IMG/VR virus record: IMGVR_UViG_3300044731_002337
Location: 1-64,000 of that record
DNA length: 64,000 bases
Reading direction: 5' to 3' (one strand)
The translations under genes were made by a program, and so were the position numbers. The notes beneath the pieces were generated by a model. The model did no database searches and had not been told where the DNA came from. It saw only the letters and a list, made by a program, of their open reading frames with translations. The first letter of the stretch is position 1; the number at the start of each line of letters is the position of its first letter. Positions 1 through 10,033 of the stretch are shown here, in pieces.

Positions 1-113
1 AGTTACCTCTTCGAATGAACAATAAGAAGTTACCTCTTCGAATGAACAATAAGAAGTTACCTCTTCGAATGAACAATAAGAAGTTACCTCTTCGAATGAA
101 CAATAAGAAGTTA
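1..113 (+). repeat. Tandem array, 27-bp unit GAAGTTACCTCTTCGAATGAACAATAA, about 4 copies (truncated by window start); dispersed core family 1
   Basis: Exact 27-nt periodicity read directly (units start at 1, 28, 55, 82). Confidence 0.97.
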
Positions 114-632
114 ATCGGATTCATACCATCGGTCACCAAACACTTTGATGCCAGGACGGGGGACGAATGCGTAGCGTCTATCTCCGACACGTAGGTCACC
201 TGGTACTTCCCGGTCAGTCATGTCGTGAAGAACATATGCGGCATGATCAAGACGATTCGCATGGAATTCTGGTGTATTTTGTTTGATACGGAATTTGTTT
301 TCTTGACGTCTTCGCATAGCATCATTAAACATTCGAATCATATTCGATTCACGCCATAAATCATCAGGATCTTGGTAACGTCTTGCAGAGGCCACTACAA
401 GTGAATCTCTCTTGGGTCTTAGGTCGTAAGGATTATTCGTATTGAGTTCTTCGGCGCCATCATGAAATACTTCATAGTAATACGGATATTGTCTTGGGTT
501 AGTCTGAGGTGTATAAGAACAATAGGTATCACTGCTCTTACTATTATTATTTCCCCATACGGCAACAATGAGTAAGAAACATACAATGGTAAATGTTGCA
601 ACTAAAATAATATTTTCCCACAGTTGGCTCAT
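111..632 (-). CDS. Hypothetical protein with N-terminal transmembrane helix
   Basis: 173-aa ORF, hydrophobic IILVATFTIVCFLLIVAVW, A-rich context before ATG. Confidence 0.7.
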   Translation of the reverse strand: MSQLWENIILVATFTIVCFLLIVAVWGNNNSKSSDTYCSYTPQTNPRQYPYYYEVFHDGAEELNTNNPYDLRPKRDSLVVASARRYQDPDDLWRESNMIRMFNDAMRRRQENKFRIKQNTPEFHANRLDHAAYVLHDMTDREVPGDLRVGDRRYAFVPRPGIKVFGDRWYESD

Positions 633-692
633 TTTTTTTTTGTCTTTCCTCCTTTTTTTTGTAAGGGTAGAGAAAAAATAATTTTTTTTATT

Positions 693-1154
693 TTATTCAG
701 CTTCTTGCTTGGAAGTGGAAGAAGTGGAATCAACTGGTGGAGTTTTGGTTACCTTGGATTCGAACATGTTTACCAAAGTTTCCTTCATGGCGTCATCACA
801 TGTAATGTTGAGGAATTGGACCATGTGTTGTCTAAAGAACAAATTGGTACAATCTCCCAAGGTAGAGCGATTAAAGCTTCTCCAACGTGTAAGACGCCAT
901 TTTTCATATGATTTACATTGCAATTGATGTTCATGTCTTATATCTAAAGGTTCATCCATGATTTCGCCTTCGTCATCACGTTCTTTGTAGGCATGGTTAC
1001 ATTCGCGACATTTGTAATTACCCTTTTTATCGAGTCGAACAGGGCATCCATATCCAATCCAGCCAAAGGCAAGTTCATAATCGCTGAGAGGGATACCTTG
1101 AGGAACAGCGAGATCAAGACGGGTAGATGGCTTCTTATTAGTTTCGGTAGTCAT
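693..1154 (-). CDS. Hypothetical Cys/His-containing protein
   Basis: 153-aa ORF with CRECNH and HEHQLQC; AATAAA right after the stop. Confidence 0.65.
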   Translation of the reverse strand: MTTETNKKPSTRLDLAVPQGIPLSDYELAFGWIGYGCPVRLDKKGNYKCRECNHAYKERDDEGEIMDEPLDIRHEHQLQCKSYEKWRLTRWRSFNRSTLGDCTNLFFRQHMVQFLNITCDDAMKETLVNMFESKVTKTPPVDSTSSTSKQEAE

Positions 1155-1351
1155 GGAATGATGATGATGATGATTGGTTTTCTTCTTGTTTTCTTTTGAG
1201 GTGTTTTTTGGGTTATTGGGTATGCATTGAAACTCAAAATCAAGAAAAAATTTGAAATTTGAAAAAAAATTGAGTTTTGGTAAAATAAGTTGGGGTCAAA
1301 AAAAATTTTAGATAGGGGTAATAAAAAAAAGAAGAAGGGCAATCATCAAAA

Positions 1352-4123
1352 ATGGTAAACAGTTCATTATTATCGAGTACGAATTTGGCTTTCAGGTCAG
1401 GGATAGCGAAGGAGTTGATGTGTAGTTTGTCAGCACATGCTAATAATCAGTTTAGAGTGCAAGGTCAGGAGGATGCTAGATGTGATATTTTAAATGTGTC
1501 AAATATAGCGTGTCAACAATTGGATGGTACACCTCTATCTGATTATACAACAACTACATGGTTAGCAAACAATGCGGTTGCTTTACATGCGAATAGTACG
1601 GCTGGGGGTTCACCTATTGTCACTGAGGGTAATATTGGTTCCTTGTCATTGAGTTTGGGGGCGTCTGCAACAGTGGATGGCCATCCCATTGCAAGTTATG
1701 TTGGGTTAGCTTCGAATCAAGTAGATTTGCATAGTAATAGTACATTAGCCACTAGTCCTATTCTTTCGGTGGCTACCGCAGCGAGCCGTGGTGATATCGA
1801 CTTTAATTCAGATACGAGGATTGGTGGAGAATTGATTGCCTCTAGGCCGTATGTGGATAATGCGATCCAAGGTATTGATTGGAAGCAAGAGGTGGTAGTG
1901 CGTGTAGATTGTACGGATAGTGCTATTACTGTATCTAACCCAGGAACAGATTCCTTTGATGGGGTGACATTGGTGGTGAATGATCGTTTGTTGATTGTGA
2001 ATAATGGTGTGAATTCTGGTATTTATGTGTTCAAAGGTAGTTCTACAGCCATGGTTCGGGCGGATGATTGTAGTGTTGCATCAGAGTTTCATGGTGCATC
2101 TGTCTTTGTGAAGCGTGGTTCTCATGCGGCGAGTGCATGGACGTGTCATAGCTTTACAACGACTTCGAGTACTACTCCTCTTACGGATTTTGATTTGCCG
2201 TTTGTGTTGGGTACTCATATCCCACTGTTTTCTCAATTTGCGGGTGCTACATTGTTCAATGCGGGACATGGTATTGTTCGAAATGGTCAAATTTTGTCGG
2301 TGGACCAGGCAGTGGACTACACCTGGACCGGACATCATACTTTCGGTGGTGCATGGGAACAGAGTTTAGTTAATACCGCTGGAGACCCAAGAACTTCATC
2401 TCCTACATGGAATAGTGCACGATTTTCTGGGTTTACGGGAACGATTACTGATACTAATACGTCTCATACCGGAATTCAGTTTGCGGCGTTCAATCACTTT
2501 ACAGGTGGTACTTTGGTGAGTGGTGATTCTAGTGCTTCCTATGTTGCTACATCTGCGTATTTCGCTGAGCCTACGATTTCTGGTACTGTTGCTCAATCCA
2601 TGAAGTTTGCGTTGGTGTCTGGCGGCAAGGCTTTGTTGAAGTCGGCTGTGACCATGTCTGATACGTTAAATGTGTTGGGTGCATCAACGTTGCATTCGTT
2701 GACTGTTGGGTCTGGTCCCGGATGTGCAATCGATTCTTCAGGTAATGTTACATTGGGTACACTTGGCATGTATGGGGACTTGAATGTGCAAACTGGATTA
2801 TTTGAGACAACGACCAATACAGGTATTTCAACGAATCAAATGTTGACGGTTACTAAAGGCATTGTGGCAAGTGGTACAGATTTTAGTGTCTCGACTACTG
2901 GGGGTAATGTAGAGTGTGGAACGCTTACTGGTAGCGATATATCTGGTACTACTGGCTCATTCAGTTCAACTCTTGGTGTTACGGATGTTATCACCACGAA
3001 TGCTGGGTTGCAAGTTATTGTGTCGTCCAATAGTGTATTTTCGGTGAGTAACGTTGGTGAAGTGGTCGCGGCAAGTACAGGTGATTTTGGAGGTGACTTA
3101 ACTGTAGGTGATAATTTTAGTGTAACTGCCACAACTGGTGCGTTATCTGCAGCGAATAGTTTATTCCAGGTAGCAGCCTCAGGTGTTATCACGCATTGTC
3201 CTTCAGCGACATTTTCCAACTCATTGACTGTGAACAATAGCAGCACCTTCCATGTGGCGTCTGATGGTGACACGTTATTGCACGACTTGACGTTTTCTAC
3301 TGCATCTAACCATGATAATGCATTTCAAATTGATTATAATGGTGCGATTACTCATTGTGCTGGAATCCAAGTCACTGGTACTGTAGTGGCATCTGGAAAT
3401 GTCACGGGTGCATCGTTGATTGGTACCTCTGGTGTGATTAGTGGTGGCCTTAAGGTATCCAATATTAGTGGAAGTGACTATCGTTTCAACGTGGATGGCG
3501 GAAACGGTACATTGACGGGTATCAATGCCAATTTGACTGGTATCTTACAAACAGGTACTCCAACATTGAGCGTTTATCCTTTCGTGGTGGATGCGAATGG
3601 TGATGTGACGGCTGCTTCTATTGCTACAGAAAGTATCCACGTGAACACGGATAAGTTTGTGGTCAATTCTGATGGTGACGTGACTGCAGAAGGTACATGC
3701 GATGTGACTGGTGCTATTTCGGGTGCATCTCTCAGTGTGACTGGAAATGTTACTGCTACAAATGGTACATTTTCAGGTGATGTTGCGGCAAACTCTTATG
3801 AATCCACTTCAGATCAACGTTTTAAGACGGAAGTTGTGCCTATCTTGTCTGAAGGTGAACGCTTCGATCGTCTTAAGCCTGTAACTTTCGTGTGGAATGA
3901 GAAATCCCAGAGAACTAATGCGGTGGATGAACAGGGTAAGATTCAGAAGCAATGGGGTTTCTTGGCTCAGGAAGTGGGTGAAGTGTATCATGATCTCTTA
4001 CGTGGTTCTGAAGAGACCAACTACGCCTTGAACTATGATGGTTTCTTTTCCATTTTGGTGGCTGAAGTGCAAGCCTTGAGAAAGCGAACGGCTGAATTGG
4101 AAGCTAAGTTGGCTGCCCAATGA
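1352..4123 (+). CDS. Tail-fibre-like beta-rich protein with C-terminal peptidase S74 intramolecular chaperone domain
   Basis: Phage tail-fibre motif YVDNAIQGIDWKQEV..DGVTLVVNDRLLI..NSGIYV; long G/T/S/V-rich shaft; S74 signature SDQRFK..LKPVTFVW..GFLAQEV..LNYDGF..LVAEVQAL. Confidence 0.85.
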   Translation: MVNSSLLSSTNLAFRSGIAKELMCSLSAHANNQFRVQGQEDARCDILNVSNIACQQLDGTPLSDYTTTTWLANNAVALHANSTAGGSPIVTEGNIGSLSLSLGASATVDGHPIASYVGLASNQVDLHSNSTLATSPILSVATAASRGDIDFNSDTRIGGELIASRPYVDNAIQGIDWKQEVVVRVDCTDSAITVSNPGTDSFDGVTLVVNDRLLIVNNGVNSGIYVFKGSSTAMVRADDCSVASEFHGASVFVKRGSHAASAWTCHSFTTTSSTTPLTDFDLPFVLGTHIPLFSQFAGATLFNAGHGIVRNGQILSVDQAVDYTWTGHHTFGGAWEQSLVNTAGDPRTSSPTWNSARFSGFTGTITDTNTSHTGIQFAAFNHFTGGTLVSGDSSASYVATSAYFAEPTISGTVAQSMKFALVSGGKALLKSAVTMSDTLNVLGASTLHSLTVGSGPGCAIDSSGNVTLGTLGMYGDLNVQTGLFETTTNTGISTNQMLTVTKGIVASGTDFSVSTTGGNVECGTLTGSDISGTTGSFSSTLGVTDVITTNAGLQVIVSSNSVFSVSNVGEVVAASTGDFGGDLTVGDNFSVTATTGALSAANSLFQVAASGVITHCPSATFSNSLTVNNSSTFHVASDGDTLLHDLTFSTASNHDNAFQIDYNGAITHCAGIQVTGTVVASGNVTGASLIGTSGVISGGLKVSNISGSDYRFNVDGGNGTLTGINANLTGILQTGTPTLSVYPFVVDANGDVTAASIATESIHVNTDKFVVNSDGDVTAEGTCDVTGAISGASLSVTGNVTATNGTFSGDVAANSYESTSDQRFKTEVVPILSEGERFDRLKPVTFVWNEKSQRTNAVDEQGKIQKQWGFLAQEVGEVYHDLLRGSEETNYALNYDGFFSILVAEVQALRKRTAELEAKLAAQ

Positions 4124-4196
4124 AGAGCGAAACAAAATTTTTTTAAATAAAAAGCTAGATTTCCTCATGTAAAGAAAGAAAAAAAACTATACGTGA

Positions 4197-4592
4197 ATGT
4201 TACATAACGGTATAATTACGTCTGATATGTTACCACAAAGTACAAAGCAAAAAAGTGTTGATCTTGTAAATGTACCTTCAACTCCTCCACCTGTTCGATG
4301 GTGGCATAGACCATATGTATATAATACGATGATATTTTTAGGTATAGTCATATCCATCTTTTGTGTAACGTCTACCTTATTTCTATGGACAGCTCCAGAA
4401 GTTATTGTACCATTACATGATAAGGTAGTCGAGCAAATTGATGATCGCATTGAAAACCGGTTAGGAAAAGTGATTGATATGTTGGTAGATAAAACTAAGG
4501 ATATACATCCTGATGAAACTTCTGTATCTATATATACGGAAACGTCTTCGATTATTGTTGCTCCTGAAGGGCTAGAGGTGATAGAGCGATGA
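4197..4592 (+). CDS. Hypothetical single-pass membrane protein
   Basis: 131-aa ORF with hydrophobic MIFLGIVISIFCVTSTLFLW. Confidence 0.65.
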   Translation: MLHNGIITSDMLPQSTKQKSVDLVNVPSTPPPVRWWHRPYVYNTMIFLGIVISIFCVTSTLFLWTAPEVIVPLHDKVVEQIDDRIENRLGKVIDMLVDKTKDIHPDETSVSIYTETSSIIVAPEGLEVIER

Positions 4593-4652
4593 ACAGAAAA
4601 TAAATGTTCCGATCACAAATAAAGTTTCAAAAATCAAAAATCAAAAAGAAAG

Positions 4653-5108
4653 ATGAGTAGTTCATCATTGATAAGGGCCCGTATTCATCATGTTAAAGCT
4701 TCGACGATACAATTTCAGACGGAGAAGACTTTTCATGATCAGGAAATGATGTATTTGCGAAAGTTGTTGGAAGAATTGAAGGAGACTCGAAGAGGAATTT
4801 CGGCGAGCATATCACAATTCAGACACTCGGAATCCTCATTGAGTGAAAGGGAAGAATTGTGTGAGGCGTTATGTGACAATTCGGACGAGGTATTAGCGAG
4901 TGCAGTACGTCTTCAACAATTACAAGAGTTGCGTCATGACATTGAACATGAATACCGATCGATTGATAAGAGGTTGAAATCGGAAGAGGATAGTAGTAGT
5001 AGTGATGATGAAGAAAGAGGGCAAGAGTTTAAACCTTTATGTTCGAATTGTCGTTTTACCATTCAAAAACTTTTTGCAAAACTTCCGGCAACTCCATTCT
5101 CTAAATAA
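4653..5108 (+). CDS. Hypothetical coiled-coil protein
   Basis: 151-aa ORF rich in E/L/R heptads, acidic patch. Confidence 0.7.
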   Translation: MSSSSLIRARIHHVKASTIQFQTEKTFHDQEMMYLRKLLEELKETRRGISASISQFRHSESSLSEREELCEALCDNSDEVLASAVRLQQLQELRHDIEHEYRSIDKRLKSEEDSSSSDDEERGQEFKPLCSNCRFTIQKLFAKLPATPFSK

Positions 5109-5129
5109 TAACAATAAATAGATATTTAT

Positions 5130-6029
5130 TTATTTAACTGTCAATTGATTAATTTTTACTTGTACTAATTCACAGTGATGTTTGAATGCCATATACTGTG
5201 GCTCGTACAACATGACAAAAAAACTCACTTTGGTAATCTCGGGGAATTCAGGTTTACCGTATTGGGTTCTTTTAGTATGGTGTTTGCTGAGATATTTTTC
5301 TAAGTAAAAAAGAGTATCCGCTTGACTTAAACGGCTGATTGAATGCGTAGTGCTTTTGACATCGATTTCCCGAATAATATGCCATGCCTTGGGAGCTTGA
5401 ACTTGTTTGATCTGTTGGTATAAATCTTTACGTACACGAAGCTCTCTTTGGAAATTACTTTCACCTGGTTTAGCCTGGAAATCCTTATCAAACATGAATT
5501 CTTGAATAAGTTTCTCCACTTCCATTTGCGAATTGAGGAGACGGAATAATCGTGCAAATTCTGGTTTTTGGTGATAAAGGGATTGCTTGGCATATTTGCG
5601 AAGCCATGTCGTTTTTTGGGAATAGTTTGTCACAATTTCCGTTTTTGTGTAATCGTATCCAAAAGAGTCCTTTTCACTGTCAAAATTTTTTGGATAGTCA
5701 TCAAATGTCAAGTAGATAGCTTCGGCAATGGCTGCGTTATATTCCTCTTCATTCATAGTCAATTTATCAGGAATGGATTTACGCCCTTCCGCGGCTATAT
5801 TCGCTAACCAACGTTTTTGTTCCGCATTTTGAACCATTCGCTCCGCATATTCTTTTTCATCAAATGTATGCGGCTTTCTGGATAAAACATTATAACGTGG
5901 TAGCGATTTCGGTGGGATGTATGGGGCTGATGAGGTGGATGAAACTTCTATCACTTCTCGTGGTAAAGGTCCTAGGTTCGAATGAGATGATTCAAGTTCA
6001 GTCCCTGAGGATTTAGATTTTCTACTCAT
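5130..6029 (-). CDS. Hypothetical protein
   Basis: 299-aa ORF, no recognised motif. Confidence 0.75.
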   Translation of the reverse strand: MSRKSKSSGTELESSHSNLGPLPREVIEVSSTSSAPYIPPKSLPRYNVLSRKPHTFDEKEYAERMVQNAEQKRWLANIAAEGRKSIPDKLTMNEEEYNAAIAEAIYLTFDDYPKNFDSEKDSFGYDYTKTEIVTNYSQKTTWLRKYAKQSLYHQKPEFARLFRLLNSQMEVEKLIQEFMFDKDFQAKPGESNFQRELRVRKDLYQQIKQVQAPKAWHIIREIDVKSTTHSISRLSQADTLFYLEKYLSKHHTKRTQYGKPEFPEITKVSFFVMLYEPQYMAFKHHCELVQVKINQLTVK

Positions 6030-6092
6030 GGTTTTTTTTTCTCATGGTGTAAAAGAATTTCCAGGGGTTAAAGGAAAGAGGTGTTTGTATAA

Positions 6093-6132
6093 TCATTCGA
6101 AGAGGCAACTTCTCGTTTAATCGAAAAGGTAA
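6093..6132 (-). repeat. Two degenerate 24-bp units of core family 1 in a divergent intergenic region
   Basis: + strand TCATTCGAAGAGGCAACTTCTCGT-TTAATCGAAAAGGTAA matches the 42.2-42.5 kb array units. Confidence 0.7.
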
Positions 6133-6176
6133 TTGTAAGAAAATAAAGTAAAAAAGAAAGAAAGAGAACAAGGTGG

Positions 6177-7259
6177 ATGAATACGATAGAGTATATTGCA
6201 CGTGTTGGTTTGAGTGGGTTGCATAATGAGTTACATGTAAAGTATAAGAAGCATGCTGAATGGCCAATTGTGATTTTGAATTATGATCAAGGTAGATCGC
6301 CTAAGAAGCATGTGGTGGTGAGAGAATGCCGTCAATTACTTTTGGAGTTTGTGAATGGGGTGTTTACAATGGATCCATGTATGACTAGAGTTATTGGGAG
6401 ATCATTTACACGTTTTTTCAATGTGAATGAGGATCAAGAGGAGACAAGTTATGTAGTGAATCATATGGGGGAAGCAACATTTGAGACAAAGCATGATGGG
6501 TCATTGATTCAATTGTTTAGGTATGGGAATCAGTGGAATGTGGCGACACGTAATTCCTTTGGGGAGGGAAGTATTGTCGAAGAAGGTAGTACAACTTGGA
6601 TTCAAATGGTGTTGACCTTATTACCCATTACCAAACACTTTTTCATGAATCCAGATTATTCGTATTGTTTTGAATTATGTTCTCCTTTGAATAAGGTGGT
6701 ACGAGAGTATAAACAGGATCAATTATTTTTATTGGCCGGCTTCAAATTGTCGAATGGTGAGGAGTTGAATGACTATGCGTTGGATGTATTGGCTGCCGAA
6801 TTATGTGTTGGTCGACCTGTTGTCTATATGGTGGGAACCATGAAAGAAGCTATGGAAGTAATTAAAATGGAATCATGCGACTTTGAAGGAATGGTGGTTA
6901 AAATTTCAGCGCCTAATGATCAACACGTATTGCGAGTAAAAATCAAAAATCCTACTTATTTGGAATTACATCATCGTATGGTAGGACCAATGACATGGAA
7001 AAGATTTGTACCCATTTATTTGGAGAATGAACAAGATGAGTACCATCAAGAATGGACCATAAAAATGAATGTATTGTTGGAAGATGTGATGCGTGAATGG
7101 GAAAAGTTCAAGTCCATCCAGACTAAATCAGAATTGGCCAAAAGTATTAAGGAACATCCATACAAGTATGTGTTCTTTAGCCTATTTGGAAGAACTTTAC
7201 CGGTCGATTTACATTTTTGGAATTCCCAAACAAAATGGTTATTGTTGCAGTATGAATAA
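6177..7259 (+). CDS. T4 Rnl1-like ATP-dependent RNA ligase
   Basis: Nucleotidyltransferase motifs I (ETKHDGSLI), III (YCFELCSPLN), IV (FEGMVV), V (RVKIKNPTY). Confidence 0.9.
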   Translation: MNTIEYIARVGLSGLHNELHVKYKKHAEWPIVILNYDQGRSPKKHVVVRECRQLLLEFVNGVFTMDPCMTRVIGRSFTRFFNVNEDQEETSYVVNHMGEATFETKHDGSLIQLFRYGNQWNVATRNSFGEGSIVEEGSTTWIQMVLTLLPITKHFFMNPDYSYCFELCSPLNKVVREYKQDQLFLLAGFKLSNGEELNDYALDVLAAELCVGRPVVYMVGTMKEAMEVIKMESCDFEGMVVKISAPNDQHVLRVKIKNPTYLELHHRMVGPMTWKRFVPIYLENEQDEYHQEWTIKMNVLLEDVMREWEKFKSIQTKSELAKSIKEHPYKYVFFSLFGRTLPVDLHFWNSQTKWLLLQYE

Positions 7260-7282
7260 AAAAAAAAAGAGTCAAACTAAAA

Positions 7283-8455
7283 ATGTCAAGTGAATATAAA
7301 AGTAAAAGGGAGAGTATAGTAGTTGAACGAGATATAAGCGATTCGCCGGAAGAACGAGAAGAAGAGGAGGGAGAATCACAAGAATCGGGTGGAAGTTCAG
7401 TTAATGTATTACATAAATGGAAGTATCGAGAAAAGGATAATTTAGTGAATAAGACCCCGTACGAATCGAATCGTCATCGAACAATGATTCAACAGCAAGT
7501 GTCTGCTTATATCAAGTATGCAAAGGAATATGAAGATTCGACTATTTTGAATGAGGTATTACGTTCGGTAAATAGTTCTAGTTGGAAGTATGTGCAAGAT
7601 AATGGGAAGAATTTTCAAGTGAATCGATTTCGTGCCCATAAGAGACGTATGGCCAAATATATTCATGTCATGATGAGAAAGGCAACTTGTTTACAGTCGT
7701 ATGGGGAGTTGAACTATTTGTCTTGTGGTGCATCCGGTATAGCATGTACTGTTGTAATGAGGGATGATCATAAAACAACCTATGTAGTAAAATTTCAATT
7801 GGCGGATAATGCGTTTCTTCATGAGTTGGAAGCTATGAAGAGGTTTTGTGATTTGGGTATAGGAGTAAAGTTGGTGGAGCATTGTTATGTGAATATACAA
7901 GGGTTGACTCGAATGGTTGGGATAACAATAATGGAACGGGTACAAACAACTTTGGATAGCCTTACAGAGGTATTGAATCGTCAGCAAGTTGAAAGTATTG
8001 GAATGCAGCTTATCGCATGTATTGATAAGATGGAAAAGGAGAATGTGGGGCATTACGATTTATTACCGGGTAATATTGGATTGAATGTGGATGATCATGG
8101 AAACTATCATGTGGTATTGATTGACTTTGGGCTTAGTTTGATTGATACATGTATACGTGAGTATGTGGTTATGTGCTTATTACGCGGATTTGGGTATGAT
8201 GATGATGGAACCATTGATGAAGAGGATGTACAAGATGATGTATGGGGTCAAAATATGATTTCATTTCAGAGGTTTTGTTATCATCATCAAAAGGAGTTGA
8301 GATTACCTCTACGTAACAATTATTTTCATCCAGATACCAAGTTAATTGTAGGTAGGATTCCACAAAAGATGTATGTAGATTGGAGTACTAGTACATTTAA
8401 ACCTCTGCGTGACCGAGAAATCAAACAAATATCTCAAGGGACGAAATTTACCTAG
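7283..8455 (+). CDS. Divergent protein kinase (family shared with 34230 and 35286)
   Basis: GASGIAC loop, YVVKF, HYDLLPGN, LIDFG. Confidence 0.8.
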   Translation: MSSEYKSKRESIVVERDISDSPEEREEEEGESQESGGSSVNVLHKWKYREKDNLVNKTPYESNRHRTMIQQQVSAYIKYAKEYEDSTILNEVLRSVNSSSWKYVQDNGKNFQVNRFRAHKRRMAKYIHVMMRKATCLQSYGELNYLSCGASGIACTVVMRDDHKTTYVVKFQLADNAFLHELEAMKRFCDLGIGVKLVEHCYVNIQGLTRMVGITIMERVQTTLDSLTEVLNRQQVESIGMQLIACIDKMEKENVGHYDLLPGNIGLNVDDHGNYHVVLIDFGLSLIDTCIREYVVMCLLRGFGYDDDGTIDEEDVQDDVWGQNMISFQRFCYHHQKELRLPLRNNYFHPDTKLIVGRIPQKMYVDWSTSTFKPLRDREIKQISQGTKFT

Positions 8456-8493
8456 TTGAGAATAAATAAAAAAAAGAGAGAGAATAAGTAGTC

Positions 8494-8745
8494 ATGGCTG
8501 AGGATATAGTACCTGAGGAGACAACGTGGGATAATATACGTGATTGGATAAGCACAAATCAATCTACCTCATTTTATATCTTTTTCCTTATTTTTTGTCT
8601 GTTGTATGTATGTGTTGCCGCATTTCTCTTAAGTTATTGGAAGGAGACAGATGCGGAAAGAGTCAGACGGTATATGAGAGAAGATTCAGATCGTATACTT
8701 AAAGAACAAGAAGAGGAAGAAAAGAGGAGTAAGAAGAATCCGTAA
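8494..8745 (+). CDS. Small membrane protein
   Basis: 83 aa, FYIFFLIFCLLYVCVAAFLL helix, charged tail. Confidence 0.6.
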   Translation: MAEDIVPEETTWDNIRDWISTNQSTSFYIFFLIFCLLYVCVAAFLLSYWKETDAERVRRYMREDSDRILKEQEEEEKRSKKNP

Positions 8746-8818
8746 TGGTGGAGTTTAAACATACTATTTTTTGATAAATTCCAAGGGCTCCTCATTACCC
8801 CCCTGGCAGTGTAAAAGG

Positions 8819-10012
8819 TTAAGGGAATGGACATTGATGAGATCGAGCATAATCTAGCATATCAAGTTTGTCTCGGTAAGCGAACATTCGACATGCTTTG
8901 GCACTCCAAGGACATCCATGTTCATGGGCATACATTAGGATTTGTAGGTTGGCTGCATCAACGCATGTATCTTCATTCCAAGGGCATCCATGTTCATGTG
9001 CATAGATAAGCATGTCTAGGTTACCGAAAAAAGCGGCATTAGAGCATGTTTTAGCGTTCCATGGGCAATGATGTGCATGTAGATATTGTAATATAGCAAG
9101 ACTAGAGGCGTTGGAACAGGCTTCTTCATTCCAAGGGCATCCATGTTCATGTGCATACTTGATGATACGTAAGGTCTTGGCTTTTCGAAATAGTTGTTCA
9201 TTCCAAGGACATTGTTGTTCATGAAGGTATTGCAACACCTCTAATTGATCATATTTGGCTGCAAGTGTGGTCATATCTTCATTCCAACCGAGTGGCGGTG
9301 ATGAAATAAATTGTAAGATAGGTAATGCTCCATATCGTATAGCTATAGGGATGTAGTGATGATGGGGTAGATAGGTAGTATTGTTTGGTGATGATGATAA
9401 TAATTGGAACATGGGTAAATCATGTTGACGAATAGCCATTTCACATAATGGCATGATGTATTTATGTATACGTGTAGGTTGTTGTTGTAGAATGTATTGA
9501 CAAATAGAGACATGGCCTTTTTTGACTGCATATTGGGCTAGTTCCTTTCCATTCCACATGTAGTGATGTTCTCTTATGAATTGTAGTGAGCCTAATTGAT
9601 TGTATTCTACTGCCCAGCGACCCATTTGATTCGTGTGAGGTGTTAATTCATGGGGGTAATGATGGTGGAGATGAAGAAGTGCATTAATGTGTCCGTGTCG
9701 AATAGCTTGTTGGGCGAGATCAGGAACTTGTAACCATGGTGGAAATGGGAGTTCGTTTTGCAATAAGCGATACCATGATGAATAGTCACGTCGATGAAAA
9801 TAGGCTTCAATTAAAGGAATGTCCAAGTACCTATCTAAATATTCCAGTGGAGATTGAAGTGATGAAAAATCAACGTGATGAGTATGGTGGAAAAAGAAGA
9901 AACATAACATATGATATTGCTTAGGTGTAATCATATCTCGAACTTGAATAGGGCCATCTTCACATGATACAAATATAGGTGAATGTTTACCAAGATGTAT
10001 TCGCATATCCAT
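8819..10012 (-). CDS. Ankyrin-repeat protein (giant-virus EHGCPW type) with shared N-terminal YLDIP domain
   Basis: Repeated YAHEHGCPWNE units; N-terminal HSP..LEYLDRYLDIPLIE. Confidence 0.88.
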   Translation of the reverse strand: MDMRIHLGKHSPIFVSCEDGPIQVRDMITPKQYHMLCFFFFHHTHHVDFSSLQSPLEYLDRYLDIPLIEAYFHRRDYSSWYRLLQNELPFPPWLQVPDLAQQAIRHGHINALLHLHHHYPHELTPHTNQMGRWAVEYNQLGSLQFIREHHYMWNGKELAQYAVKKGHVSICQYILQQQPTRIHKYIMPLCEMAIRQHDLPMFQLLSSSPNNTTYLPHHHYIPIAIRYGALPILQFISSPPLGWNEDMTTLAAKYDQLEVLQYLHEQQCPWNEQLFRKAKTLRIIKYAHEHGCPWNEEACSNASSLAILQYLHAHHCPWNAKTCSNAAFFGNLDMLIYAHEHGCPWNEDTCVDAANLQILMYAHEHGCPWSAKACRMFAYRDKLDMLDYARSHQCPFP

Positions 10013-10033
10013 TGTTTTGGATTTGTTTTTTTA

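Noticed and set aside
2081-3991. Antisense and alternate-frame ORFs inside both tail-fibre genes and the two giant genes
   Set aside because: Shadow ORFs from codon bias; no motifs.
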